Of a DNA stretch of 64,000 bases, positions 9,967 through 19,707 are shown piece after piece. The stretch comes from an uncultured Candidatus Rokubacteria bacterium (GTDB taxonomy: Bacteria; Methylomirabilota; Methylomirabilia; Rokubacteriales; CSP1-6): NCBI GenBank assembly GCA_963762145.1, contig CAVXJS010000021.1, forward strand, positions 384,001 through 448,000, written 5' to 3'. Numbering within the stretch: the first letter of the stretch is position 1; the number at the start of each line of letters is the position of its first letter. The notes below the pieces were generated by a model that saw nothing but the letters and a program-made list of their open reading frames with translations, ran no database searches and was not told the DNA's origin. The position numbers were made by a program, and so were the translations under genes.

Positions 9967-10785
9967 ATGAATCTGGGACTCGACGGCAAGCGCGCCCTCG
10001 TCACCGGCGGCAGCCTCGGCATCGGCAAGGCGATCGCGCGGGAGCTGGCCCGCGAGGGCGCCGACGTCGCGATCGTGGCGCGCACGAAGGACACGCTCGA
10101 GGCGGCGGCCCGGGAGCTGGCCGCCGAGACCGGGCGCCGTGTCGTCCCGCTGGTGGCCGACGTGACGAGCCGGCCGCAGGTGGACGCCATGGTGGCCCAG
10201 GCCGCGGCGCAGCTCGGCGGGCTGCACATCCTGGTCAACAGCGGCTCGGCACCCGGAGGCTCCGCCACCGCCACCGGCCCCATCGAGACCGTCGTGGACG
10301 AGGACCTGCTCCAGGACTTCAACATCAAGTACGTCGGCGCCCTTCGCTGCGCCCGCGCCGCCATTCCCTTCATGAAGGAGCAGGGCTGGGGCCGCATCAT
10401 CAACATCAGCGGGACCAATGCGCGGAACGCGGGCAATCTGAGCGGCGGGGCGCGCAACACCTCGCTCGTGCACCTCTCCAAGACGCTCGCGGTGCAGCTC
10501 GGCCGCTTCGGGATCACCGTCAACTGCGTGCACCCCGGCATCACGCGCACGGAGCGCACGCCACGCCTCCTCGCCGCCCGGGCCAAGGAGCTGGGGGTGG
10601 ACGCCGCGGACGTGGAGAAGGCCGACTTCGCGCCGGACTCGCCGCGCGGCAACGCGATCTGTCGGATGGTCGACGCGGCGGAGATCGCCTACGTCACCGC
10701 GTTCCTCGCCTCCGACAAGGCCTGGGCGATCTCGGGCGAGCTCATCGTGGCCACCGGCGGCGCGGGCCGGTCCGTGTACTACTGA
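9967..10785 (+). CDS. SDR family oxidoreductase
   Basis: ALVTGGSLGIG, ILVNS, GITVNCVHPG; AGGAGG RBS. Confidence 0.9.
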   Translation: MNLGLDGKRALVTGGSLGIGKAIARELAREGADVAIVARTKDTLEAAARELAAETGRRVVPLVADVTSRPQVDAMVAQAAAQLGGLHILVNSGSAPGGSATATGPIETVVDEDLLQDFNIKYVGALRCARAAIPFMKEQGWGRIINISGTNARNAGNLSGGARNTSLVHLSKTLAVQLGRFGITVNCVHPGITRTERTPRLLAARAKELGVDAADVEKADFAPDSPRGNAICRMVDAAEIAYVTAFLASDKAWAISGELIVATGGAGRSVYY

Positions 10786-10795
10786 GCCGGCCGCG

Positions 10796-11956
10796 GTGAT
10801 CACGCGCTTCTCCACCCTCTACGTCGGCCACATCGAGCTGGAGCGCTGTGGGCTGGCCGGCGTGCCCGCCGACGACCGCCGGTACTCCAACGAGCGGCTC
10901 GCCGAGACGTTCGACACCGCGACCGCGCTGGCCCGAGCCGCCGACACCCTCGGCTACGAGACCCTGTGGCTGGCCGAGCATCATTTCCAGCACGAGGGCT
11001 ACGAGTGCATCCCGAGCATCCCGATGCTCGCGGTGGACCTGGCCCACCGCACCGAGCGCGTGAAGATCGGCTGCGCCTTCAACGTCCTCCCCGCGTGGCA
11101 CCCGCTGCGGCTCGCCGAGGACTACGCGGTCGCGGACATCCTCACCCGGGGCCGCGTCGTCTTCGGGGTGGGGCGTGGGTACCACACCCGCGAGGTCGAG
11201 ACGCTCGGCAACCCCATGCTGGACGCCGAGGCCAACCGCGAGCTCTTCGAGGAGCAAGTGGAGATCATCCTGAAGGCGTTCCGCGAGGAGTCGTTCTCGC
11301 ACCGGGGCAAGCACTACACCCTGCCTCCGGAGGTCCCCTACCGTGGCTATCCGCTGAAGGAGATCACCCTGGTGCCGCGTCCCCTGCGCCAGCCCGTCGA
11401 GATCTGGCAGCCCATCGTGAGCGGCGGCGCGCGGGGCCTCGACTTCATGGCCCGCCACGGCATCAAGGGCGTCATCTCCGCCACCGCCGAGGAGCTGGTC
11501 CAGCGCTGGGTCCGCGACTACCAGGAGGCCGCGCGCCGTCACGGCCGGGAGCTCCAGCTCGGCGAGGAGCTGATCCTCGGCTTCCGCATGTGCATCGACG
11601 ATTCGGTCGAGCGGGCCATCGAGCGCGCGCGGCCGTACTTCGAGGAGCACGCCAAGGTCATGGCGCCGCTCGGCATGCTGCGCTACAGCGAGGAGCACGT
11701 CCGCGCGGTCGCCGCCCGGCAGCCGCAATCGCCGACCGCGGCCACGCTCGAGAACGGCGTCCGCAATCGCTCGTGGCTCTGCGGGCCGTCGGGCGATATC
11801 GTCGCCTACTTGAAGGAGGTCGAGCGGCGCTACCCGGGGCTGGACCACGTCATGATCGGCTGGGCGATCGGCACGCCGCGGGCCCTCATGGTGGAGCAGC
11901 TCACCCGCTTCGCGCGAGAGGTCATGCCCGCGTTCCGTCCCGCGGGAGTCCGCTGA
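10796..11956 (+). CDS. LLM class (luciferase-like) flavin-dependent oxidoreductase
   Basis: WLAEHHFQ, HPLRLAED, FGVGRGY, FAREVMPAF. Confidence 0.9.
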   Translation: MITRFSTLYVGHIELERCGLAGVPADDRRYSNERLAETFDTATALARAADTLGYETLWLAEHHFQHEGYECIPSIPMLAVDLAHRTERVKIGCAFNVLPAWHPLRLAEDYAVADILTRGRVVFGVGRGYHTREVETLGNPMLDAEANRELFEEQVEIILKAFREESFSHRGKHYTLPPEVPYRGYPLKEITLVPRPLRQPVEIWQPIVSGGARGLDFMARHGIKGVISATAEELVQRWVRDYQEAARRHGRELQLGEELILGFRMCIDDSVERAIERARPYFEEHAKVMAPLGMLRYSEEHVRAVAARQPQSPTAATLENGVRNRSWLCGPSGDIVAYLKEVERRYPGLDHVMIGWAIGTPRALMVEQLTRFAREVMPAFRPAGVR

Positions 11957-11958
11957 CC

Positions 11959-13551
11959 ATGGACGATCTCGTCATCCGCGGCGGCATGGTCCTGGACGGC
12001 ACCGGCGCCGAGCCCGTGCGCGCCGACGTCGCGGTGCGCGATGGCCGCATCGCCGGCATCACGCCGCGGCACACCGGGCCGGCCCGACGCGTGGTCGACG
12101 CCGCCGGGCTCGTCGTCGCTCCGGGCTTCATCGACATCAAGACGCACTCGGACTTCACGCTGCCCTACGCCCCGCGGGCCGAGAGCAAGATCCTCCAGGG
12201 CGTGACGACCGAGGTGGTCGGCCACTGCGGGTTCTCGCTCGCGCCGGTGGTGCCGGGTCGGGCGCGGCTCCTCCAGGAGTACCTGGCGGGCTTCGCGCCC
12301 TGGATCGAGACGCGGGAGACCACGTTCGCCGAGTACCTGAACACGTTCCCCGCGACGACGGTCAACACGATCATGCAGGTCGGCCACAACACGCTGCGCC
12401 TGATGACGGTCGGCATGGACGACCGCGCGCCGACCCCGGACGAGCTGGCGGTCATGCGGCGGCTCGTGGCGGAAGCCCTGGCGGCGGGCGCGATCGGGAT
12501 GTCGTCCGGTCTCTTCACCGCGCCGGGCTCGTTCGCCCGGCCGGACGAGCTGCACGCGCTGCTCGGCGTGGTGCGGGAGCACGACGGCGCGTACGCGACT
12601 CACCTTCGCAGCGAGTCGGCCGGGGTCTTCGAGGCGGTCCGCGAGGCGATCGAGGCCTCGGAGAAGACGGGCGTGCACGTGCAGATCGTCCACATGAAAC
12701 TCTCCGGCCTCGAGAACCGTGGGCGGGCCGGGGAGCTGCTGGCCCTGATCGACGCGGCCCGGGCGCGCGGCGTGCGCGTCGACTGCGACGCCTACCCCTA
12801 CACCTGCGCGGCCAACCCGCTGCGGAACCTGCTCCCGCTGTGGGTGCAGGAGGGCGGCCTCGCCGCGATGCTCGATCGGCTGCGCGACCCCGCGGTGCGC
12901 CGCCGCGTCATCCGCGAGATCGACGAGCGCGGCCTCACCAGCTTCGGGCGCATCGCCTCGTGGGACGCGGTGAGCATCAGCACCTCGCGGACGCGGTCGG
13001 CGGACGCGGGGCGGAGCATCGCCGAGCTGGCGCGCCAGGCCGGCGTGGAGCCGATCGACCTGCTCTGCGATCTCCTCGAGGCGGACGCGGGCGCCACCTT
13101 CGTGGTCGTCTGCTCCATCGACGAGGCCGACGTCCAGGCCCTGCTGCGCTCGCCCGCGGTGCTGGTCGGCTCGGACGGGCGGGCCGTCGCGCCGGACAGC
13201 GTGGCCGGGCAGGGCCGGCCGCATCCCCGGTTCTACGGGACGTTCCCGCGCGTCCTCGGCCACTACGCGCGCGACCTCGGCCTGCTCGGGCTTCCCGAGG
13301 CGGTGCACAAGATGACCGGCGCGCCGGCCCGGATTCTCCGGCTGGCCGAGCGCGGCCTCCTGCGCGAAGGCTACCAGGCCGACATCACCACCTTCGACCC
13401 CGCCACCATCATCGACCGCGCCACCTACGACAACCCGCACCAGTATGCGGGCGGCATCGGCACCGTCGTCGTGAACGGGGTCGTCGCGGTGGATTCCGGG
13501 CAGCACACCGGCGCCCTCCCCGGGCGCGTGCTCCGCCGCGGCGCCGCCTGA
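11959..13551 (+). CDS. N-acyl-D-amino-acid deacylase family amidohydrolase
   Basis: IRGGMVLDGTG, PGFIDIKTHSD, THLRSE, GSDG, PHPRFYGTFPRVL. Confidence 0.88.
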   Translation: MDDLVIRGGMVLDGTGAEPVRADVAVRDGRIAGITPRHTGPARRVVDAAGLVVAPGFIDIKTHSDFTLPYAPRAESKILQGVTTEVVGHCGFSLAPVVPGRARLLQEYLAGFAPWIETRETTFAEYLNTFPATTVNTIMQVGHNTLRLMTVGMDDRAPTPDELAVMRRLVAEALAAGAIGMSSGLFTAPGSFARPDELHALLGVVREHDGAYATHLRSESAGVFEAVREAIEASEKTGVHVQIVHMKLSGLENRGRAGELLALIDAARARGVRVDCDAYPYTCAANPLRNLLPLWVQEGGLAAMLDRLRDPAVRRRVIREIDERGLTSFGRIASWDAVSISTSRTRSADAGRSIAELARQAGVEPIDLLCDLLEADAGATFVVVCSIDEADVQALLRSPAVLVGSDGRAVAPDSVAGQGRPHPRFYGTFPRVLGHYARDLGLLGLPEAVHKMTGAPARILRLAERGLLREGYQADITTFDPATIIDRATYDNPHQYAGGIGTVVVNGVVAVDSGQHTGALPGRVLRRGAA

Positions 13552-13575
13552 GGCCGGCCGCCGAGCGCCAACCGC

Positions 13576-15012
13576 TCAGTACTCCGAGAGCAGGCGATCG
13601 ACCATCGCCTTGGCGCTGGCCCAGTCGTAGGACCGGAACATCCGGCGGTTCACCACCGGCTGCGCGGCCGAGTAGAACATCTCGTACTGGAGCTGGCGGC
13701 CCCCGTACTCGGTGCCGATGAAGTCCCAGATCAGCTTGAGCAGCTTCACCCGGTCGTGGGCGCCCGCCGCGGTGGACCGGTAGTAGCGCTCGGTGTGGGC
13801 GGCGGTCTCGGGGGAGAGGAAGCTCGCCTGAGACGACGGCAGGTTCTGGAAGGCGCCCCCCGCCAGCTCCCGCACCGTCCGGTACATGTCCACGATGAGC
13901 CGGCGCTGCAGGCTCATCCCGGCGTAGATGTATTGCGGATGGGGGCGCGCGTAGCCCTCGCTCACCAGCGGCCGGCGCTCGGCCGCCTGCACCAGCGCGT
14001 CGAAGGTGGCGCAGAAGGTGGCGATGTCGCCGCCGAGGGTCGCCTGGGTGGTGGCGTCGCCCTCCCCGCTCCCGACCTCGACCAGCTTCAGGGCGAGGCC
14101 GGCCAGCAACTCGAGCTTGACGCCGAAGCGCACCAGCGACTGGAAGTTCGCGGTCACGTGGGCGGGCGATTCGTGGAACTGGGCGGTCACCAGATCCACG
14201 TTGCGGTGGACGAACACCTGCTCCCAGGGCACCGGCACGTCGTCGAAGACGACGGTGGTGTCCACCTCGTCGAAGCGGGAGGAGAGCGGGTAATCGTAGA
14301 CGCTCGTGGCGAGCGTCGCGTAGGGCCGGCGCGGCAGGAGCCGGAGGCCCGGCGCGTTCACCGGCACCACGAGCGAGATCGCGTAGTCCACGTCGCCGGG
14401 GGCGAGCGGCGTGATGTAGCTCACGTAGAGCCAGTCCGCCATGGTCACCGAGGTGGCGATCGAGTGCGCGCCGCGGATCACGATGCCGGCGTCCGTCTCC
14501 TTCACGACGCCCGGGTGCAGGAAGGGCTCCGGATGCCGGTGGGCCGGCGTGCCGCGGTCGATCTGGGGCGGCACGATCGCGTAGGCCAGGTAGAGGTCCT
14601 CGTCCCGCGCCTTCTCGTGGAAGCGGACCACGTTGTCGCCGTACTGGCGGCCCCCGCGATCGAAGAGCTGCCGCCAGCCCGCGAACCCGGTGAGCACGGA
14701 GGCCACGTGGTCGGGCGTGCGCCCCATGAGGCCGTACGAGCCCTCGGCCCAGAACCGGTGGACCGCCCGCCGGCGCCCGAGATCCTCCGCGGAGCGCGGG
14801 ATCAGCCACATCGCGCCGATCGTCTTGCCGGTCGCCGGATCGACGCAGGTGGTCACGTCGGGCGCCTTCGCGGCCGCGTCGTAGCGCTCCGCGATGCGCT
14901 GGATGGGCTCCGCGAAGGCGGGATGGCGCGTCACGTCCTGGACGCGCTCGCCGTCGAGGAACACGGCGCGCCCGTCGCGGAGGCTCGCGAGATAGTCGGC
15001 GCCCCGGCGCAT
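13576..15012 (-). CDS. 4-hydroxyphenylacetate 3-hydroxylase family flavin monooxygenase, large subunit
   Basis: YLASLRDGRAV, MGRTPDH, YDYPLSSRFDE, GGRQLQYEMFY. No flavin reductase gene adjacent. Confidence 0.9.
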   Translation of the reverse strand: MRRGADYLASLRDGRAVFLDGERVQDVTRHPAFAEPIQRIAERYDAAAKAPDVTTCVDPATGKTIGAMWLIPRSAEDLGRRRAVHRFWAEGSYGLMGRTPDHVASVLTGFAGWRQLFDRGGRQYGDNVVRFHEKARDEDLYLAYAIVPPQIDRGTPAHRHPEPFLHPGVVKETDAGIVIRGAHSIATSVTMADWLYVSYITPLAPGDVDYAISLVVPVNAPGLRLLPRRPYATLATSVYDYPLSSRFDEVDTTVVFDDVPVPWEQVFVHRNVDLVTAQFHESPAHVTANFQSLVRFGVKLELLAGLALKLVEVGSGEGDATTQATLGGDIATFCATFDALVQAAERRPLVSEGYARPHPQYIYAGMSLQRRLIVDMYRTVRELAGGAFQNLPSSQASFLSPETAAHTERYYRSTAAGAHDRVKLLKLIWDFIGTEYGGRQLQYEMFYSAAQPVVNRRMFRSYDWASAKAMVDRLLSEY

Positions 15013-15124
15013 GGCCGGACTCTCGCACACCGCTTCCGGCAGGGCACAAGCCGGGTGAGACCTTGACGCCGCCCGGCGGCCGGTGCAGTCTCCCGACCAG
15101 GGTCGCACTCAGGGGAGCCTCGAC

Positions 15125-16331
15125 ATGAGCGAGCGTGACGGAGCGCTGGACGGTGTTCTCAACGGGGTCCGGGTCCTCGACTTCGGACGCTACATCGCCG
15201 GGCCGTACTGCGCGGCGCTGCTGGCCGATCTCGGCGCCGACGTCATCCGGATCGAGCGGATCGGCGGCGGTGAAGATCGGTGGGTGGCGCCGGTGGGCGC
15301 GGACGGCGTCGGGGCGATGTACGTGGTGATGAACCGCAACAAGCGCGCGATGACGCTCGATCCCGCCTGTCCCGAGGGGCGTGAGATCGTCCGCAAGCTG
15401 GTGGCCACCGCCGACGTGGTGGTCGCCAACCTGCCGCCCGAGGTGCTGCGGACGCTGGCGCTCGACCTCGACAGCCTCCGCGCGGTGAAGCCCGACATCA
15501 TCCTCACCACCGTGACCGCGTTCGGCGCCGGGGGCCCCTGGAGCCACAAGCACGGCTTCGACGGCATCGGCCAGGTGATGGCCGGCGGCGCGTACCTGAC
15601 CGGCACTCCGGAGCAGCCGCTGCGCGCCTCGGTGGCCTGGGTCGACTTCGGGACGGCGTCGGTCTCGGCGTTCGGCACGCTGGCGGCGCTCATGGCGCGC
15701 GACAAGACGGGCCGCGGCCAGAAGGTCGAGGCCGCGCTGCTGCGCACCGCGGTCGCCTTCAACAACCCCACCCTCGTCGAGCAGCAGGTCGTCGCGCCCG
15801 GACCGGGTGGCCACGGTCAACCGCGGGCAGACCTCGGCGCCGTCCGACCTGTTCCGCACGAAGGACGGCTGGATCATCGCCTACGCGATCGGCGGCCCGA
15901 TGTTCGCGCGCTGGGCGAAGCTGATGGGCGAGGGGCACTGGCTGACCGACCCGCGCTTCAAGGACGACCTGGCCCGCGGCGACAACGGCGAGGTGATCTC
16001 CAAGCGGATGTCGGAGTGGACCGCCGAGCGCACGACCGCGGAGGCGCTGGCCGAGCTCGAGAAGGCCAGGGTCCCGGCCGGGCCGCTGTACTCGCCCCAG
16101 CAGGCGCTCGAGGACGCGCACATCCGGGCCGCCGGGCTGCTGGCCGACACCGACTATCCGGGGCTGCCGCGGCCGGCGCCGCTCGCGCCCATGCCGGTCG
16201 ATCTCTCCGAGACCCCGGGACGCTTCCGCCACCGGGCGCCGCAGCTCGGCGAGCACACCGACGCCATCCTCACCGAGCTGGGCTACCGCGCTCCGGACAT
16301 CGCCGGGCTTCGCGCCCGCGCCGTGATCTGA
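15125..16331 (+). CDS. CaiB/BaiF family CoA transferase (frameshift near 15800)
   Basis: GVRVLDFGRYIAGPYCAALLADLGADVIRIE, NRNKR, GFD; C-terminus FRTKDGW...APQLGEHTDAIL in the next frame. Confidence 0.88.
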
Positions 16332-16341
16332 CCGCCCAGTA

Positions 16342-16381
16342 CCTTCTCCCCCGCCCCGGGGGAGAGGGCAGGGTGAGGGGG
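16342..16381. repeat. REP-like palindromic element (copy 1)
   Basis: ccttctccccc-gccc-cgggggagagggcagggtgagggg, between convergent genes. Confidence 0.75.
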
Positions 16382-16401
16382 CCTCTCGGTGAGGGGGCGC
16401 C

Positions 16402-18186
16402 TCAGCCGACCGCCATCTCCTTGAACATCGCCACGCGCTTGGCCCGCAGCGATCCCGGCTTGTACTTCTGCAGCCACTGATCGTTCTCGGCCAGGAACAG
16501 GCTCGCGTCCATGTTCACGCTCGCGTCACGGTCCTTCAGCGACTCGACCACCGAGCGGAAGTAGTAGTGGTTGAACAGGCGATTGAACTCGGTGAAGTAG
16601 ATGTCGGCGACCCGCCGGTCCCCGCGGATCGCGAGCATGTTCTCGTCATTGTCGTTGGTGGACGCGTCGCTGAAGTTCGCCGAGCCGGTGACGACCACCG
16701 GGTCCGCGCCGAGCGGATCGCGCAGCAGGAACTTGGAGTGGATGAAGCTGACGTGCTGGTTCAGCCCCAGGCCCATCGCGCTGGTCTCCTTGGCCCACTG
16801 GTGCAGCGGCTCGCGCAGGAACGAGCCCCAGGCCTTGTAGATGTTCTGCTTCGCGCCGACGAAGACGAAGGTGTTCTCGTTGGCCTTCGTCGGCTTGTCC
16901 TTCTTCTCGAGGAGGAAGAACGCGATGGCATTGTCCGGGGTGTTGTCGGTGAGCCGCGCCTTGAAGTCCTTGTTGATGCCGAAGGCGAGGGTGATGCACG
17001 CCAGCTTCTCGGCCTCGTCGACCAGCTGGAAGTACAGCGTGAGGATGCTCTCGCCGCGCCGCGGGCTGAAGATCGGCGTGGTGCCCGGGGGGATCCCGGC
17101 CAGGCTCTCGGGCACGAGATGCAGCGCCTCGACCGCCTTCTTGAAGTCCTCGTTCTTCTGGCGGACCGTCGACGCGCTGTCCCCCGCCTTGCCCCCGGGG
17201 TCCTGCTCGAGCAGCCGCCAGTAGGCCTCGAACCGCTCCGCGACCGCGCCGTCGCGCACCCAGTGGCCCACGTTCGTCTGGCCGTGAATGCCGCCCATGG
17301 AGATGTTCGTCGACCCGGTCCACACCTCCGCGGGTGTGCGCGCCGCGCCCTTGAGCAGCACCATGAACTTGTTGTGCTGGATGTCGTTGCGCCTCGCCTC
17401 CCGCAGGTGGACGCGGGCCGCGGGGATGCCCGCCGTCTGGACCGCCTTGCGGTTCTCCACCCGCGGGAAGCTCTCGTGGAACTTGCCCTTGCTGTCGGTG
17501 TGCTCGTTCACCTTGGCGTCGATGATGAGCTGAACGTCCACCCCCTCGTCGATCGCCTTCTTGAGCGCGGTGGCGACCGGCTCGTAGCGGAACTCGTAGA
17601 AGCATCCCAGCAGCGTATCGCCCGCCTTCGCGTTGTTGATGAACTTCAGCAGCGCGTTGTCCAGGTCGCGGCTCAGCCAGTCGAGGGCTTCCCGGCGCTT
17701 CGACGCCGGCTTCAGGTCATCCGGCCGCGCGTTGCCGAAGCGACGCTCGTAGGCCTGGCTGCTCGCGACGCCGCGATTGAAGAACACGTCGTGCGGCCCC
17801 TGGGTGTAGAGCGGCTCGGTGCGCACCTCGATCGAGATCGGCGCCGCGCTGCGATCGATGTTCTTGGCGGTGCCCTTCAGGGGATGGAAGCGGTAGGTGT
17901 ATCGATGGTTGGACTTGGCGGTGAAGTCGTCCCAGACGAAGCTCTGCACGGGGTGGTCCCGGGTGCTCACGACCAGGTCCTTGGTCGGGGCGGGAAATAC
18001 GGACTTGAACACCTTGAAGCCGTACATGAAGTACTGCTCGTCGGCCTGGGGATCGAGGCGCTCGACCCCGAAGCCCAGCAGGCCGGCGGTATCCGCCCCG
18101 GCCGCGTCGATCGCGAACGAGATCGTGTTGACGCCGCTGACGGCGTGGATGACATAGCCTCCCGCCGGCTGGGATCGAAAGCGCAT
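16402..18186 (-). CDS. Phospholipase D superfamily protein with two HKD-like halves
   Basis: HNKFMV...WTGSTN and HSKFLLRD...VTGSANFS..NDEN motifs; GGAGG RBS; no signal peptide. Confidence 0.85.
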   Translation of the reverse strand: MRFRSQPAGGYVIHAVSGVNTISFAIDAAGADTAGLLGFGVERLDPQADEQYFMYGFKVFKSVFPAPTKDLVVSTRDHPVQSFVWDDFTAKSNHRYTYRFHPLKGTAKNIDRSAAPISIEVRTEPLYTQGPHDVFFNRGVASSQAYERRFGNARPDDLKPASKRREALDWLSRDLDNALLKFINNAKAGDTLLGCFYEFRYEPVATALKKAIDEGVDVQLIIDAKVNEHTDSKGKFHESFPRVENRKAVQTAGIPAARVHLREARRNDIQHNKFMVLLKGAARTPAEVWTGSTNISMGGIHGQTNVGHWVRDGAVAERFEAYWRLLEQDPGGKAGDSASTVRQKNEDFKKAVEALHLVPESLAGIPPGTTPIFSPRRGESILTLYFQLVDEAEKLACITLAFGINKDFKARLTDNTPDNAIAFFLLEKKDKPTKANENTFVFVGAKQNIYKAWGSFLREPLHQWAKETSAMGLGLNQHVSFIHSKFLLRDPLGADPVVVTGSANFSDASTNDNDENMLAIRGDRRVADIYFTEFNRLFNHYYFRSVVESLKDRDASVNMDASLFLAENDQWLQKYKPGSLRAKRVAMFKEMAVG

Positions 18187-18340
18187 GGAAGCACCTCCCC
18201 GAGGGGCCGCACGGTTGACCGACGCGAATCGAGCCGACCATAGGCGGGTTCGGCCACCCGGTCAAGATACCCGGGGCCGAGCGGCTCGCGGCGCGACGCA
18301 CCATCGCTGCGCTTACTGCGCAGCTGGCCGGCGGCCGGGA

Positions 18341-18359
18341 AAGTCCACTTTCTGGACTT
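18341..18359. promoter_or_regulatory. Operator-like inverted repeat
   Basis: AAGTCCA-ctttc-TGGACTT, perfect 7-bp arms in the divergent PLD/haloperoxidase intergenic region. Confidence 0.45.
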
Positions 18360-18448
18360 GGCGACGGCGCCGCGACCTGCCATCGTGTCGGCATCGGAGA
18401 GCGGATCTCCCGACCCCGCAGCGGAGATACACGAAAAGGAGAGGCGAC

Positions 18449-19678
18449 ATGAAGACCCTACGCGGACTGATCAGCGCCGGCATCTCGCTCCTGGTGATTC
18501 TCGCCGGCGCCCCCGGCGCCCACGCGGACATCGTCACCGACGCGAACGCGCGGGCCGCCGACGTCGTGTCCCGCCTCCCGGCCCCGCCCATCACGGTACG
18601 GATGATGGCCATCGTCCAGGTCTCGGTCTTCGAGGCGGTCAACGCGATCACCAGCCGCTATCCTCCGCAGCGCGCGAAGCTCGCCCCGGCGCCGGGCGCC
18701 TCCGTGGAGGCCGCGGTCGCGGCCGCGACGCGCACCGCGCTGTCGAAGCTCATGCCGGCCCAGCAGGCGGCCATCGACGCCGACTACCAGGCGCTGCTCG
18801 CCTCGGTCCCCGATGGCGCCGCGAAGACCGCGGGCATCGCGCTCGGCGAGCAGGCGGCGACCGCGATCGTGGCGCTCTGCGCCGACGACGGGGCGGTCAC
18901 GCCCGACGTCTATCGCCCGCACACGACGGCGGGCGTCTACGTGCCCACGGTGGGGCCGGCGGTGCCGCACTGGGGGAAGCGCCGCCCCTGGGTGATGCCC
19001 CGCGGCGACCACTTCCGCCCGGGCCCACCGCCCGTGCTGACCAGCGACCTGTGGGCGCGCGATTACAACGAGATCAAGGCGGTCGGGGGCAAGACCAGCA
19101 CCCAGCGCACCCCGGAGCAGACCGCGATCGCGAAGTTCTGGGAAGCGACGGCTCCGGCCGTCTACTGGCCGGTCGCCCGCGCGGTGGCCGCCATGCCCGG
19201 CCGCGACGTCACCGACAACGCGCGCCTGCTCGCGCTGGCCGGGATGGCCATGGACGACGGGCTGATCGCGGTCTTCGACGCCAAGTACACGTACAATCTC
19301 TGGCGCCCGGTCACCGCCATCCGCAACGGCGACCTCGACGGCAACAACGCCACCGACCGGGATCCGGGCTGGACGCCGTTCATCGACACGCCGATGCATC
19401 CGGAGTATCCGTGCGCCCACTGCATCGTGTCGGCGTCCCTGGGCGCCGTGCTCGCGGCCGAGATCGGCTCCGGGCCCACGCCCACACTCAGCTCCGCCAG
19501 CTCGACCGCCGGGGGCGCCGTCCGCACGTGGACGAGCGTCGATGCCTTCACGAATGAGGTCGCGCAGGCGCGCATCTACGACGGCGTGCACTACCGCACC
19601 TCGACGGAGGTGGGCTCCGCGATGGGCAAGAAAATCGGCGAGCTGACGGCGAAGAGCGTACCGAAGGCGACCCGCTGA
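18449..19678 (+). CDS. Secreted vanadium-dependent haloperoxidase / PAP2 superfamily protein
   Basis: Signal peptide ending AHA-D; KYTYNLWRP, HPEYPCAH and ARIYDGVHY motifs; AAGGAG RBS. Confidence 0.85.
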   Translation: MKTLRGLISAGISLLVILAGAPGAHADIVTDANARAADVVSRLPAPPITVRMMAIVQVSVFEAVNAITSRYPPQRAKLAPAPGASVEAAVAAATRTALSKLMPAQQAAIDADYQALLASVPDGAAKTAGIALGEQAATAIVALCADDGAVTPDVYRPHTTAGVYVPTVGPAVPHWGKRRPWVMPRGDHFRPGPPPVLTSDLWARDYNEIKAVGGKTSTQRTPEQTAIAKFWEATAPAVYWPVARAVAAMPGRDVTDNARLLALAGMAMDDGLIAVFDAKYTYNLWRPVTAIRNGDLDGNNATDRDPGWTPFIDTPMHPEYPCAHCIVSASLGAVLAAEIGSGPTPTLSSASSTAGGAVRTWTSVDAFTNEVAQARIYDGVHYRTSTEVGSAMGKKIGELTAKSVPKATR

Positions 19679-19707
19679 CGTCGAGCCGGCGCTGAGGCGC
19701 TGTTCGC

